Assembly: GCA_013265495.1 (NCBI GenBank) | Contig: MU058009.1 | Span: 124,001 to 186,000 of the forward strand | Length of the DNA stretch: 62,000 nt | Direction of reading: 5' to 3' | DNA from: Vicugna vicugna | Taxonomy: Eukaryota | Shown here: piece by piece, positions 50,462-62,000 of the stretch | Position numbering within the stretch: the stretch's first letter is position 1 | How the letters are laid out: each line of letters starts with the position of its first letter | The notes under the pieces: model-generated | Told to the model about the DNA's origin: nothing | Database searches by the model: none | What the model saw: only the letters and a program-made list of their open reading frames with translations | Made by a program: the position numbers and the translations under genes

Positions 50462-51647
50462 GACGGCAGCCTCCCCCTTAAACACTGGAGGCCTGCTTCC
50501 TGGTCAAGTGAACCCAGCTTATTTACCCTCCAGACCAAGTTTATTTTCTCAATCCTTTCATCGCAGGCAAGGGGAGACTCGGAGGTTGAATGGGATTCCT
50601 GAGGTTGGCCCCCGAGTTCCTCCTCCCCGCTCAGGAAGCGAGGTTCCGGGCTGGGTGAGTGGCCCTCCAGGGCCTGTCTGCAGCTGTGCTTGGGGCAGGC
50701 TGCCCCGCGAGCTGGCCATGTAGATCTGAAGATAACCTGACACCCTCTTCAATGTTTCATCCCTGAGCAGCCGTGCGCCTCATCTGCCTGGCGGCGAGGA
50801 GGCAGCACCCCAGCTGCTGGCCCTGTTGTCAAACTTCACGGCAGCTGCTGGAGGCGGGCAGGGCGGGAGGGGGCCTCCCTCCTCTGGCTGCCTGTGCGCC
50901 ACCCACAACGCACGGCTCTTTGCTTCTCTGAGCCTCAGCCTCTCATCAGGGGCAGCAATCCCTGTCCCGCAGAACGGGCGAGGGAGCCAGGGAGCGTGAG
51001 GGAGAGTGCTGTGAGCACTGCTGTGAAGCACTGTGCAAATGTGAGCTATTACTACGTGTGCCGGCTGGGTTCCCAGCAGGCCGGGCTCCTCCTAACATCT
51101 GGCCGGAGGAGGGAGTCGACGGGTCTGAACTCTAAATCAGGACAAGGCAGCTTAAGGGGTAGCTGAGCCCATTCCCTGGTCTCCAGGCAGGTGTGCCTGA
51201 GTCAAGGAGTGGGGGCCTCTCCAGGCAGGTTGTCCCAGAGACACGGGGCTCCTGGGAAGCTGAGATGAGGAAAGACCAAGGGGCAAAGATGTGATTTGGA
51301 ACAAGAGCCTGAAATGACGTTTCCTAGGGGTGATGTAGGCAGCCCAGTCCTCTACCGGAGAGCCAGGTCTCCCAGGGGTCAGTGAAGGTGGGAGGGAGCA
51401 GGATCGGGGTGGCCCCTGTGGGGGCTGGAATAGAATCACAAGGAGGATCAAGCTCCAGGCTGAACCTGACGGGGGAGGTGGTAGACGGGGCTTTGTTAGC
51501 ACCCAGGGGAGGTTGAGTCAGGAAGAAGGAGCTCAGGGATGTGTCCCCTTCTCTATATCACCATCTCCCAGCACAGGACCTGACGTGGATCACATATGCA
51601 GGACCTTCTTCCTGACCAAGTAAATAAGCACTCAGGAGCCCTTTTTA

Positions 51648-52169
<522 letters not shown>

Positions 52170-52229
52170 TCACAGTCCTGGTCTCAGTGCAAGGAGCACA
52201 AGAATGGGTTTCCCCAGGGTGTCGGGGCA

Positions 52230-52304
52230 GTGCGTGCGTGTGCGCGCGCGCGTGTGCGCGTGTGTGTGTGCGTGTGTGTGCATGCGTGTGTGTGTGTGTG
52301 TGTA
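52230..52304. repeat. 75-bp unbroken purine-pyrimidine alternation, (TG/CG)n
   Basis: gtgcgtgcgtgtgcgcgcgcgcgtgtgcgcgtgtgtgtgtgcgtgtgtgtgcatgcgtgtgtgtgtgtgtgtgta. Confidence 0.95.
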
Positions 52305-53309
52305 AGGGTATCGTAGGTTTTAAGTTTAGAAATGATAGGGAAGCTATTAGTAGAACGGGAAGGAGAGAGCAGGGTTGGAAGCACTAAGTGTGGACGGGCA
52401 CAGCGGGGCCGTTACCCTGGAAGGGGGCGCGCTCAGCGCTGCCGTTTAGCAAGCAGACACACGTTCTGATAAGGAGACACGCAGAGAGACAGAGAGACCC
52501 AGGCTGAGATTCACAGGGAGCAGACCGAGTCAGAGGGAGAAAGAAGAAGGAAACAGAGAAATACTCGGGAAAGGACCAAGAGTGGCTTTTGGGGAAAACT
52601 TTTGCTTCAGGATGGACAGGAAGTAGAAACCAAGGTCCACCCCGCCAGCGCCCAGGAACCTCTGGTCACTTTGAACCGTAAGTGGCTCTTTTCTGGTCAT
52701 TGGTACGACCACCCTTGAACCCCAGGGCCTGATTAAACACTTACGAGGCACTCAGGACACTTAGGAATTTGGGGCCTCTTATACCACTGGCGATGAATAA
52801 TAGATAAATAAAAGCTTGAGGATGATTAATCTTTAAGCAGCTCTCCTGCTGCTGTGCAGGACTGAATATAAATGCCGGCGTGAGTTGTGGCTGGCCAGGC
52901 AGGGCCGGGCCTCTCCTCTCGGGTCCTGGGCCCCCAACTTCCTTAGTTTCTCCCAGCAGGAACTGTTCTCCATCCAGCCCCTTCCCGGGGCTCTGCTTTC
53001 TCCCCACCAGTCTTTCACAGGGTCCTTCTTCCCTGCCCTGGTCCCCTTCCCTCCTCAGAGACCCATCTACCCTCCAGCAGCCCCAAACTGCTCCTCTTTC
53101 TGAAGGGCCTTTGCTGGGACAGAGGGAGCTCTCAGAAATGTGCTACAGGAGGAGGGCATTGGGCACATCTGGCCTTTTGGAGAAGATGAGGGCTTAAGAG
53201 ACAGAAACAAAGACAAAGAGGTGTGCAACAGCTCTCTTAAAATATTTCTAAGTCTCTTAGTGGGGCTTAGATGTGTTCATGCAGCTCCCAAGGATGGCAT
53301 TAACACCAA

Positions 53310-53520
53310 CGGGCAGAATTAACATGGGGAAACACTTTTAGAATATTGTTAACAATTTATGGGTGTCCAACAAAGATCTGGGCTCCCAGAGGTGGTAGTG
53401 AGGTCCCCGTCACTGGCTACATTCAAGCAGAGGTTATGTGATCACCTGTCAGGGACACTGCGGAGGAGATTTCTACCCCGGATGAAGTACTGGAGCTCTG
53501 AGGGTCTTCCAGAGCTGGAG
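53310..53520 (+). mobile_element. L3/CR1 LINE 3' end
   Basis: gtggtagtgaggtccccgtcactggctacattcaagcagaggttatgtgatcacctgtcagggacactg...ctctgagggtcttccagagctg matches the recalled L3 tail. Confidence 0.75.
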
Positions 53521-54254
53521 CAGTGCTCCTGGGGATGGGTTGTTAAGGGCACCCATTCCTGGTCAGTGGAGGTAGCTGGGATCCTCCACCAGGCTCCCAA
53601 GGGTGCTTTTTGGGTGCATCCTGTGTGGCTGAGCCTTGCAGGCTCACGTCTTCATGGCTAGCATTGTCCTCAACATGCCATCAAATGGCCCTGCCCTCCA
53701 CAGCTGTTCGGGCCTGGCCAGAGATGCTACAAGCCATCATCTGTACACCCAAGAGCACCGCCTCCCCTCCTGCCAGCCCTTCCTGCCCTCTGCTGGGCTT
53801 TGGAAGGAGCCCGGGGAAGCTAGGCTGCCTCTGCCCAGGGCGGGGTGAGGGGCTGGACGTGGGTGTTGTCCACACTCTCCCTGCTGCAGCTGCCCTTGGT
53901 GAAGCTGGCTTATGGCCCCCAGCCCCTCCGGACCAGCCTCTGGATCCCGCGGTCCTGTGATCAGCCCCTGGTCTCCTGCAGGCTTCTTGTCTGGAGCTGG
54001 TGTTTTTGTTGTCTTGCACGCTATCAGCGGCAGGATTTTGCTCTCATCAGCTGCTGAAAACATCAGTGATGGGTTTGTTTGTGTTTGCCTAATTAGGCAG
54101 CGAGCCGTGATACCATCCCACAGCATCTTCGGAAAGTGCAGGCCCAGAAGTGCAGGCTCTGTCTGAGGAAGCTCTAGCTCCTTCCACGGCATCCTTACTC
54201 TTTCTTGCTATTTCCGGGGCAGGAAGCAACATTTTTGGGAGTCTGGGTTCTACA

Positions 54255-54465
54255 GACAAATTGCCTGGTTCCAACTTGGCTGGAAGCTCTGTCACTTCCT
54301 AGCTCTGTTGTCTTGGGTCAGTTACTTTAATTTCTTTATGCTTCCGTTTTCTCATCAAATAGGGACATGCTAGTACCTTACAGAGTTATCTTCACCCTAA
54401 CACCATAAGCTAGGATAATCTAGGTAAAATGCCTGGCACACAGTAAGTAGTCTGTAAATGCTGGT
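54255..54465 (+). mobile_element. MIR SINE
   Basis: gctctgtcacttcctagctctgttgtcttgggtcagttactt...tttctcatc...aaaatgcctggcacacagtaagt. Confidence 0.75.
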
Positions 54466-56594
54466 TTAACGTAACAGTGCTGCAGGGCAGCCCAAGAGGG
54501 CTCCTCCCATCTTTAGGAGGAAGATCAGACCAGGTACACAGGCTTTGGGGGTTAGGAGCCAGGGTCCCACACATTGGGACTGGGCATAAGTTTGAATCAA
54601 TTTCTTCCTCAGCTGTGACTTTATTTACCTGCCAAATAAAGGGGGAAAGCCTTCTTTTTCTCCTCGTGAATCATTGTAGATTTATGAGCTCCTGTCTGAG
54701 AAGTACTTGAGCTTCTTAGAAGAAAAATGTTCCATCAATATGAGGCAGTATATTTATAAATCACTTCCTTCGACTGTTTTTTCCAGCCTCGGTGACCAGA
54801 AAGACAGTGAGGTCTTCCGTTCAGGCATCACTCCTGGTAGACTGGATGGGGCCACACATTTAAAATAGAAGAGGGCGGAGCTGCAGCCGGACGAAGTCCC
54901 CTGACGCTGGGCTCCAGTCTCCTTGTAGTATTAAGTGCTCTGCAAATACATGCAGAACTGAATTCTCTACTACCCTCACTTTCTTATCAGGCAAGAAACC
55001 AGTGTTTATTGAGCATCTATCATTATTGTCATGATGCTGTTTTGGGGGGTGATCAAATACAGAGAAACTTCACACTCGAGTCTGAGTTCATTGGCTCTGC
55101 AAGAAGAGGGCTGACCTTTCTATCCACAGACCAAGTTGGAGAGGAAGCAGACCCCAGTTTCATCATTGCCCCCCAGCACATAGCAGGGCCCAATCCTCCA
55201 TCCCAGAAAGCCATTCATGGAAGTGGATGCCAGAGGGTCAATTATCCACGTGGTGGTGACCACTTTGTGAGCCATCCATGGTGTCCTGTGGCCTCCGCTT
55301 GCCCAGAGACCCAACAAGACCCCGGTCCCTCACCGAAGCTGAAAGCCGCTGGCCGGGAACTCAGAGCCTCCTTAACTAGCAGCGTTAAGAGCCACGCGGA
55401 GTGTGAACGTTTCAGGTTTGGGAGGCTCCTTGTCATTTCCCCTGTCCCTCTGGGGTAAGGGAGTTCAGAGTCCCTGAAATTGGCTGGTTCCCATAATACT
55501 TAAATTTTATGGCCGCACAGTATATTTTGGAGCTATTGTGTATTTTATCCCTGCTCAGCTGGGCTGCAGCTCTGAAGCCCTGTGATGCCTTTGACCGTTG
55601 CTATAATGTTTCAATATACATTTTTGGCGAGACATAACTCCCATTTTAAAATATTAATTTCCCAACCGTCATGTTCCCAAGTGCGCTTGGATTTTTATTT
55701 TTCCTGTAGCTGCACAGCACGAGAGAGGCAAAGCTACTTCTCGGTGGCATTCGTATTTTTCTCTCCTTCTCCACCCTAGACGTTCTCCAGTCCCAGAGAC
55801 ACCCACATCCCTTGTTCTGAATTTCATAGTTTATGCTTAGCTTGGCGAACAGCCACATGCCTCTCCTCCCGGGGCGAGAACAGTAATGGCTGACGGGTGA
55901 GTGACCAGGAAGATGATCTCATTCTTTTTTCTCCCAGGGGAGAATATGGATTGGAAAGGTGTCCATATGGGCCTATGGGTTGACACTTACAATAGTTAAC
56001 AGGTGATGGGGCTTGGGCACCAAGCAGGCAGCTTAGATGCCAGTCACTAGCAGTCACAGGAGCCCATCTTTGCTGAGTACCAGTCTGGGTGGGCTGAATA
56101 AGATTTGGAATTTATTTTAAACACTTTTCTTTTCTTCCCATCACATGGTAACCCCTCAAACCAACCAGGTTTCTTTGACTTCAATCTGCTTGGCTCCCTT
56201 TAATGGACGGGAGGCAGGAAGAACCAGGTTGTGACTTAAGTGGGGAATACATTTTGGACCAAGAAACAAGAACACGGTACTTCTGGAAATCCGACTTTAT
56301 GAGACATGTGTTTGACCCTGGAATGGACCCTCCAGGGCAACAGTGTGTTAGGTGCAGAACTGACTGCGAGAGTGAGGACTGACTCATATTTCATCGGTCA
56401 TCAGAGGAGCCCTCAAGGTCCTGTGGATTCTGGCCCCCGGGCCAGCCTTGCCTGACTCTGCCCATGGGATCTGCAATGAAAGGTGAGATTTAATCCTCAA
56501 ACCCCCATGAAGATGCAGTTTCCTAGGAGGGTGGGTGGGTGGGCAAGGGAGGGGCGAGTCCCAGGCCTTTCTGAGGAGACCCGGGGGCACTCAC

Positions 56595-56744
56595 TTGAGA
56601 GGTCCCTGCCCACGCCCAGAGCCAAGCCGTCTTTGATCCACAGAACGAAGCCATCATATTCGGGGATGGCGCACAGCAGGGTCACCGGCTGCCCCGACAC
56701 CACGGCCTGGTCCTGGGGCTGCTGGCTGAAGGAGTACACTTGAC
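56595..56744 (-). CDS. KIRREL3: KIRREL3 coding exon (exon 3 by human numbering), first half of Ig1
   Basis: 150 nt; acceptor ttttttccttcctag|GT CAA GTG, donor TCA A|gtgagt; encodes (G)[49 protein letters not shown](S), recognised as KIRREL3/NEPH2; phase 1-1. Confidence 0.97.
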
Positions 56745-57479
56745 CTAGGAAGGAAAAAACACAGCAGCCAGTTACTTGCAGAGAGCGGTGCCTGGAGGGC
56801 TTCCCCTCAAGTTGTGGGAGCAGAGCCCAGGCTGGCCCAGGGGACCGGGGCCCCCGGAGTGCCTCACTTTCTGCCTGGGGCCCAGCAGTGCTTCTTCGCT
56901 GCTCCCAGCTCAATCCTCCGCTTTCAGGAGCCGGCTTCCGGCTGCAGCATCCATGCTCATCAACCCTCAGCGCACTTGCACTGTGGTACAGCCATCCTCC
57001 AGCCCACACACGGGCCGCGCCCCATTGCGCTTGGGACATGCTGCTCCCCTTTCCATTTCACGCCACTTCCTGGCACCTAGTTCCATGAGAGGGCAGAGGC
57101 AGGAGGGAGACCACCAGCCGGAGGCTGTCTGCAGGGGGTGTGCTTCAAGAGGGCAGCGGGCGTAGGGGTTGGTGTGCTTCAGCTAAACCTGAGAATCCAA
57201 GAAATAATCTTACTGTTTTCATGGCTTCCAGGATGGGACTGGGGCCAAATTCAGCGGGATGAGGGGTGGTGCAGTGTGGTGGGTGGTGTGGGCGAGGGAG
57301 CAGGTGATTAATCCTCTCCACCTGTCCTCTTGTCCTTTTCTTTTCTGCAGCGGACACTATCCCAGCCTCACTCTCACTTGGGAGCAAATCACCCAGTGTG
57401 ACCCCACGCCTTCCCAATGACACTTCACTGAACCCGCTAAGCAGCCTGTTCCTATGTTACTAAAGAGACACCCCCAGTG

Positions 57480-57630
57480 TGCATAATAGGCCAGGTATCG
57501 TTCTGGGATGTAAGAATGTCGGCTCATTAACATTTTCACCCTCATAACAACCTAATAGGTAAATACTACTTTTATCCCCATCTTCCAGATGAGGAAGTGA
57601 AGCCCAAGGAGGGGAAAACAGTCACAGGAG
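57480..57630 (-). mobile_element. MIR SINE
   Basis: cctcataacaacctaataggtaaatactacttttatccccatcttccagatgaggaagtgaagcccaagg. Confidence 0.75.
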
Positions 57631-60189
57631 CCGTGCATGTTAATTACTCACCAGGTGCCCTGTCTGCCCTCCCTGTGGCTGTCACGGTCCCCACACTGGT
57701 CGTGTGGAGCCTTAACAACCTCATTTCGCGGGGACTCAGCACACAGAGCCCTAGAGGTTCGCTAAGTTGTCCAGGGAGCATCAGGCGGTGGGACCAGGGC
57801 TGTGAATCCAAGGCTTTCTGGCTCTAATGACTGTGTCCTCATCTCCCGAGCTGTGCTGAGTGCAGAGTCCCGTGCCCGGCCTTGGATCAGGAGGGTGCTG
57901 AAGAAGGAGGGTGCTGTGACCCACGCACGTTCCCTGGGAGTCCACGGTTGAGTGAACAACAGGACACGGGACACTGATGCCCACTGAGCTCCTGGCCCAC
58001 AGCGCCATCTGTGTTTCACAAGCCGTCCCTCTTGTAACCGTGTAATTACAGTTTGGAGCAGAACTATTTCCATTTTATAGCAAAGAAACCCAGATCAGAG
58101 AGGCAAAGTAACCTGCTGGAGGTCACACAGCTAACGAGTAGGGTTTGTCTGGGGTCCATGACTTCTAGGCCTGGATTCTTTCCCACACCCTGATTTGCAC
58201 ATACAGATACACAGCCCAGGGAAACTGGACCTAGTGGGCAGGCTGCTGCCACGGCCCCTCTCCCCCCACCCGAGGGAGTCAGGGATGGCCACGGAGGTCC
58301 TGGACAATGACGCTTGCCCATCTTGGGGATACAAAAGCCCCAGACTCGGACGATGGTTAGGGCCAAGCTCTCAGCGGCAGATGGCCCTAAGAAGGGAGAC
58401 TGGTGTGTGGCTCCGAGAGACGCTGGGATGGTGGCAGAGGAGAGACAGAGGCCCATATCGGAGAGTTTGTGGCAGGTGGGAAGGTAGCTGATGAGATCTT
58501 GGCTGAGTCTCTGAGGCATCTCATTAAAAATCAGATTGGCCCTGAATTGTGGGAGTAACATTTTTTATTCTGATTTGAGCTTTACAAATTAGATTTCATA
58601 GGACATTTTAATCAGCTATATGTGGAGGTTCCCCCCACCCCCCGCCGTCTCTTCAAGTTCTCTGTTGTAATTAGACTGTTTCTGGCACCAAAACAAGAGA
58701 GAGAAGGCGGGTAGAGATGAGAGAGAAAAGCTGGAGGGGAAGGGAGATTCTGGAGAAGGAGCAAGAAGGCGAAGGGGTGAGCAGAGCAGGAGAGGAACAG
58801 GGAGGAAGGAAGAAAAGCCAGAGAGAGACGGAGGGAAGACGTCAGGAAGGAGAGGAGAGGGGGTGGGGAGGGTGCAGGGAGAGGGTGAGTGGGCAGGGAG
58901 ACGGGTCCTCTCCTAGGCTCCTTCCCCAGGCTCTAATGATGATTTCACGGCACATTCTTTTATCTTAGAATCTTTCTGGCAAGAAGGACAGTGTCAAGAC
59001 AGCTGCAATAGCTTGCAAAGACTGTGTTAGCAGAGCGAATTATCAGGTTGTCAGTGGGGAGCTGAGGGAGTTGGAATGAGCAGGTCCTGCAGCAGGGTGC
59101 CTGAGCCCTTGGGATGCTCATGAGCAGGGAGGCCTGAGATGGGGACTGGCCCATTCTCCCCGCCCCCGATCCCGCTTCCGCTTTGTGTTGGTGAGGGTCC
59201 CTGAGAAGCTGGGCTCAGGAAGCATCCTGCAGAGGAGCGGGCAGGGGCGTGGGCGAGAAGCCCGAGGGTGGTGGTGAGAGGCAGCTGTCTGTAGGGACGC
59301 CTGGACTAGTTCAAAGACCAAAGGATTTGGAGTGAGTGAGTGGAACAGGAGAGAAAGCCTCGGTGCAAACTCGCACTGGAGCCTGATGTGGGGAGCAGGG
59401 CGCTAATATCCCTGTGTCCCCTGCAATCCCCCCTCGATCCATGCTCAGAGGTCAGGTCAAAGTGGTCAGGAGACGGTGTGGGTGTGCTCACCCCACCCCC
59501 ACCGTCTCCCTGGGCACGTTGGCCAGACCTTTGCTCCCACAGCAGGTGGAGGTGAGGTGACAACTGCCCTTGGGATTAATCCCATCCAGACCTGGACAGG
59601 AACGTTAGGGCCATTTGGTGAGCTTGCTTGGCTTTTACAGAGCCCAGGGCACGGCCGCTCTCACTTGTTCCTTCAGAGGGGGAGCAGCAGGGATGGGGAG
59701 GCTGAGTGATGCCCCAAGGATGCTCAGCAGTCCAGGAGCAGGTGGAGTAAGAACCTCTCTAGTGCCCTGGGAGGCGTCCATCACCACCCCTACTCCTGAA
59801 TTCGGGACAGTCCAGCTGAAGTCCTGCCTGCCTCATGCAACGCCCAGGACGTTCAGCAAAACTTGCTGAGAGTCTGTGCATGGCCACACTTAACCCAAGT
59901 CCTGAGACTACCACGGAGAAAGTAATGTGTCTCATCAAAAGTCATATAAGGTTCTTTTGGGGTTTAAATAAAGGCCTGCTGCAAGCATGGGGTGGGGGAA
60001 GAGACAGAGGGGCTTCCTGCAGGAAGAATCAGGAAATGGGGATGTGATGGAGGAGAGATGAAATTCTGGCGCAGGAAAAGCACACACGAAGGCGTGAGTG
60101 ATGGGCAACCCAGGTACCTGCTTCAAGTATCTGCCCGAAGGGTCACCTACCAGGGCTGGGTCCTGGACAGTGGGAAAAACACAAGGTCA

Positions 60190-60375
60190 GGCAGGCCTGG
60201 GAAGGAACTCCAGCCCTATCACTAGCGGTATGAACTGGGGCACTTTCCTCGCTCACGCTGAGCCTCGCTTTCCTCATCTGTAAAATGGGGTGACATACCT
60301 CCTTTGCCAAACTGCTGTGAGGATGCGAGGCCTCACGTGGAAGTGATCTGGGCGCATGCAAAGTGCTTCCTCAAG
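60190..60375 (+). mobile_element. MIR SINE
   Basis: ctgagcctcgctttcctcatctgtaaaatggggtgacatacctcc...gctgtgaggatgcgag. Confidence 0.8.
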
Positions 60376-61311
60376 GTTGGTTCTAATTTTCATCACTATT
60401 CATGAGCCTTTCCTGAGCCCAGGACTGCTAGGACTGGAGCCAGAGCAGCCCCTGTCATGACGGGTCCCAGAGCCGGGCAAGGAGGCTTTGCAAATCTGAA
60501 GTTGGCCCGATTGGAATCTGCTTCTTCCCGTGAGTCACGCAGGTGAGAGATGTGAGCATTTGATCCTCCCGCAGCTCTGCCTTTGCCGCGGCCCCAGCCG
60601 GCTTCAGCCTCCCGGAGCTGCCTGGTCAGCCATGCAGAAAAGGCTCAAATGTCACCGTCTGCTCTGTTATTAGTGACCAAAAGAGGAAGGATCAAGAGTA
60701 CCTGCACCGGGGATATTTGTCGCCAGCTTTATCCCAGCCTGGAGCACGCAAATTGCCTCTTATGAGATTAAGGGAAGCCGCCCAGGTCTGGAGAAGCAAG
60801 CAGATGGGAGGAAGGGAAGGAGTGAGTCAGCCCCCCGCCCAGCTGGCACCAGAACAAGGCCAGGCGGGGTGGAAGGGACCAGGGCAGGATGGCTCAGATC
60901 CCACCTGGAAGCCCAAGTCTCGACTTTGGCTGTTTTCCTGCTGCTCAGCACAGGACCAGCTCCTAATGCAGGAGAATGAGCTTTGGGAAATTTCCAGAAT
61001 GCCCTGTCGTGACCCACTCGGGGGAATGAGATTGGGGGTGATGGGGTTATGTCCTAGCCCCTGATTGACTGATTGTGACGGAGAGTGTAGCGGTACTGGT
61101 GATAAGCCACGGGCCACAGGCGCGGGCGAGTCCCACCCAGGTCCCACCCTGACAGCCTCCAGGACCCCTGGCCGGGTGTGGGGCTGCAGGGGAGGGAGGG
61201 ATGTGTCTTCCGTGACAAGTAGCTTAGTGTCTGGAGGAGACACATATGTGCACAGGGAGCTAAAATAAAAGGTGTTGTATAAAGTGAGGTATAAAGGAAG
61301 TCCCAAGGATG

Positions 61312-61580
61312 TAACAAAGAAACAGATTCAGAGATACAGAGAACAAACGAGTGGTTACCAGCAGTGTGTGTGTGTGTGTGTGGGGGGGCAAGATAGGGAT
61401 AAGGGATTAAGAGGCACAAGCTACTGTGTGTAAAATAAATAATCTACAAGGATGTATTATACAACACAGTGAACAGAGCCAATGTTTTATAGTAACTATA
61501 AATGGAGTATAACCTTTAAAACTTGTGGATCACTATGTTGTACGCCTGAAACTTATATAATAATAATGATAATAATAAAA
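61312..61580 (+). mobile_element. L1 3' end (same type as 41174-41346) with internal (GT)n and an (AAT)n-like tail
   Basis: acagagaacaaacgagtggttacc...ctacaaggatgtattatacaacac...actataaatggagtataacctttaaaacttgtggatcactatgttgtac; degenerate TSD aaaggaagtcccaagga / aaagaaagtcctacgaa. Confidence 0.88.
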
Positions 61581-62000
61581 AGAAAGTCCTACGAAGAAAG
61601 ATTTTTCCTTCTGAGGGGCGTCACGGAAGGGTTGGCTTTGGAAATGGCCTCGAAGGGGAAGCAAGGAGGGAGAAGGTTCCCTGGGATGGGGCCCAGGGTA
61701 GGGGAAGCCTGGGGGCCAGAATGTGCTCAGGGAATAAGAGCACGGATGCCCCCCGGTCCAGGCTTGATCTCTGGCTCTGCCATTAGAGATGTGCGCCCTG
61801 GGAAAATTTCTCAGTTGCTCTGAACCTCAGTGTCCCCACAGGGTGGCCATCAGTGCTTGTCAGATGTTTGTAGAATAAATCAGGACAGTTTGAGGAAAGT
61901 GCACGGAGCCCTGCGTGCCCTCCACCCGGCAGCTGCTGCTCTCGCCACGAGCCTGGTGGGACTGGTGCAGGGATGTATTTACCAGGATGCGTATCGCGAG

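Overview
Mammalian genomic DNA, GC-rich and not prokaryotic. The whole window lies inside one minus-strand gene, KIRREL3 (NEPH2, an Ig-superfamily synaptic adhesion molecule). Five coding exons (150, 150, 158, 151 and 106 nt; exons 3-7 by recalled human numbering) have canonical GT-AG sites and splice into one open frame covering Ig1, Ig2 and the start of Ig3. About 99% of the window is intron, including a 39.6 kb intron. The introns hold the usual fossil repeats: MIR, L2, L3/CR1, MLT1, hAT MERs, an ERV solo LTR and old and young L1 fragments. One tRNA-Ala-derived SINE with a perfect 17-bp TSD points to a camelid genome. Almost all ORFs in the supplied track are chance ORFs. I found no convincing new multi-gene system. 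The best leads are a MER53 hairpin resembling a miR-1302 precursor on the host strand, a possible intronic polyadenylation route to an Ig1-only isoform, a long-TIR hAT element with a fossil transposase C-terminus, a doubly inverted L1, an unexplained ancient ~195-bp tandem duplication and several motif-dense candidate enhancers. Repeat family names come from recalled consensus sequences, not from a search, and repeat boundaries are approximate.
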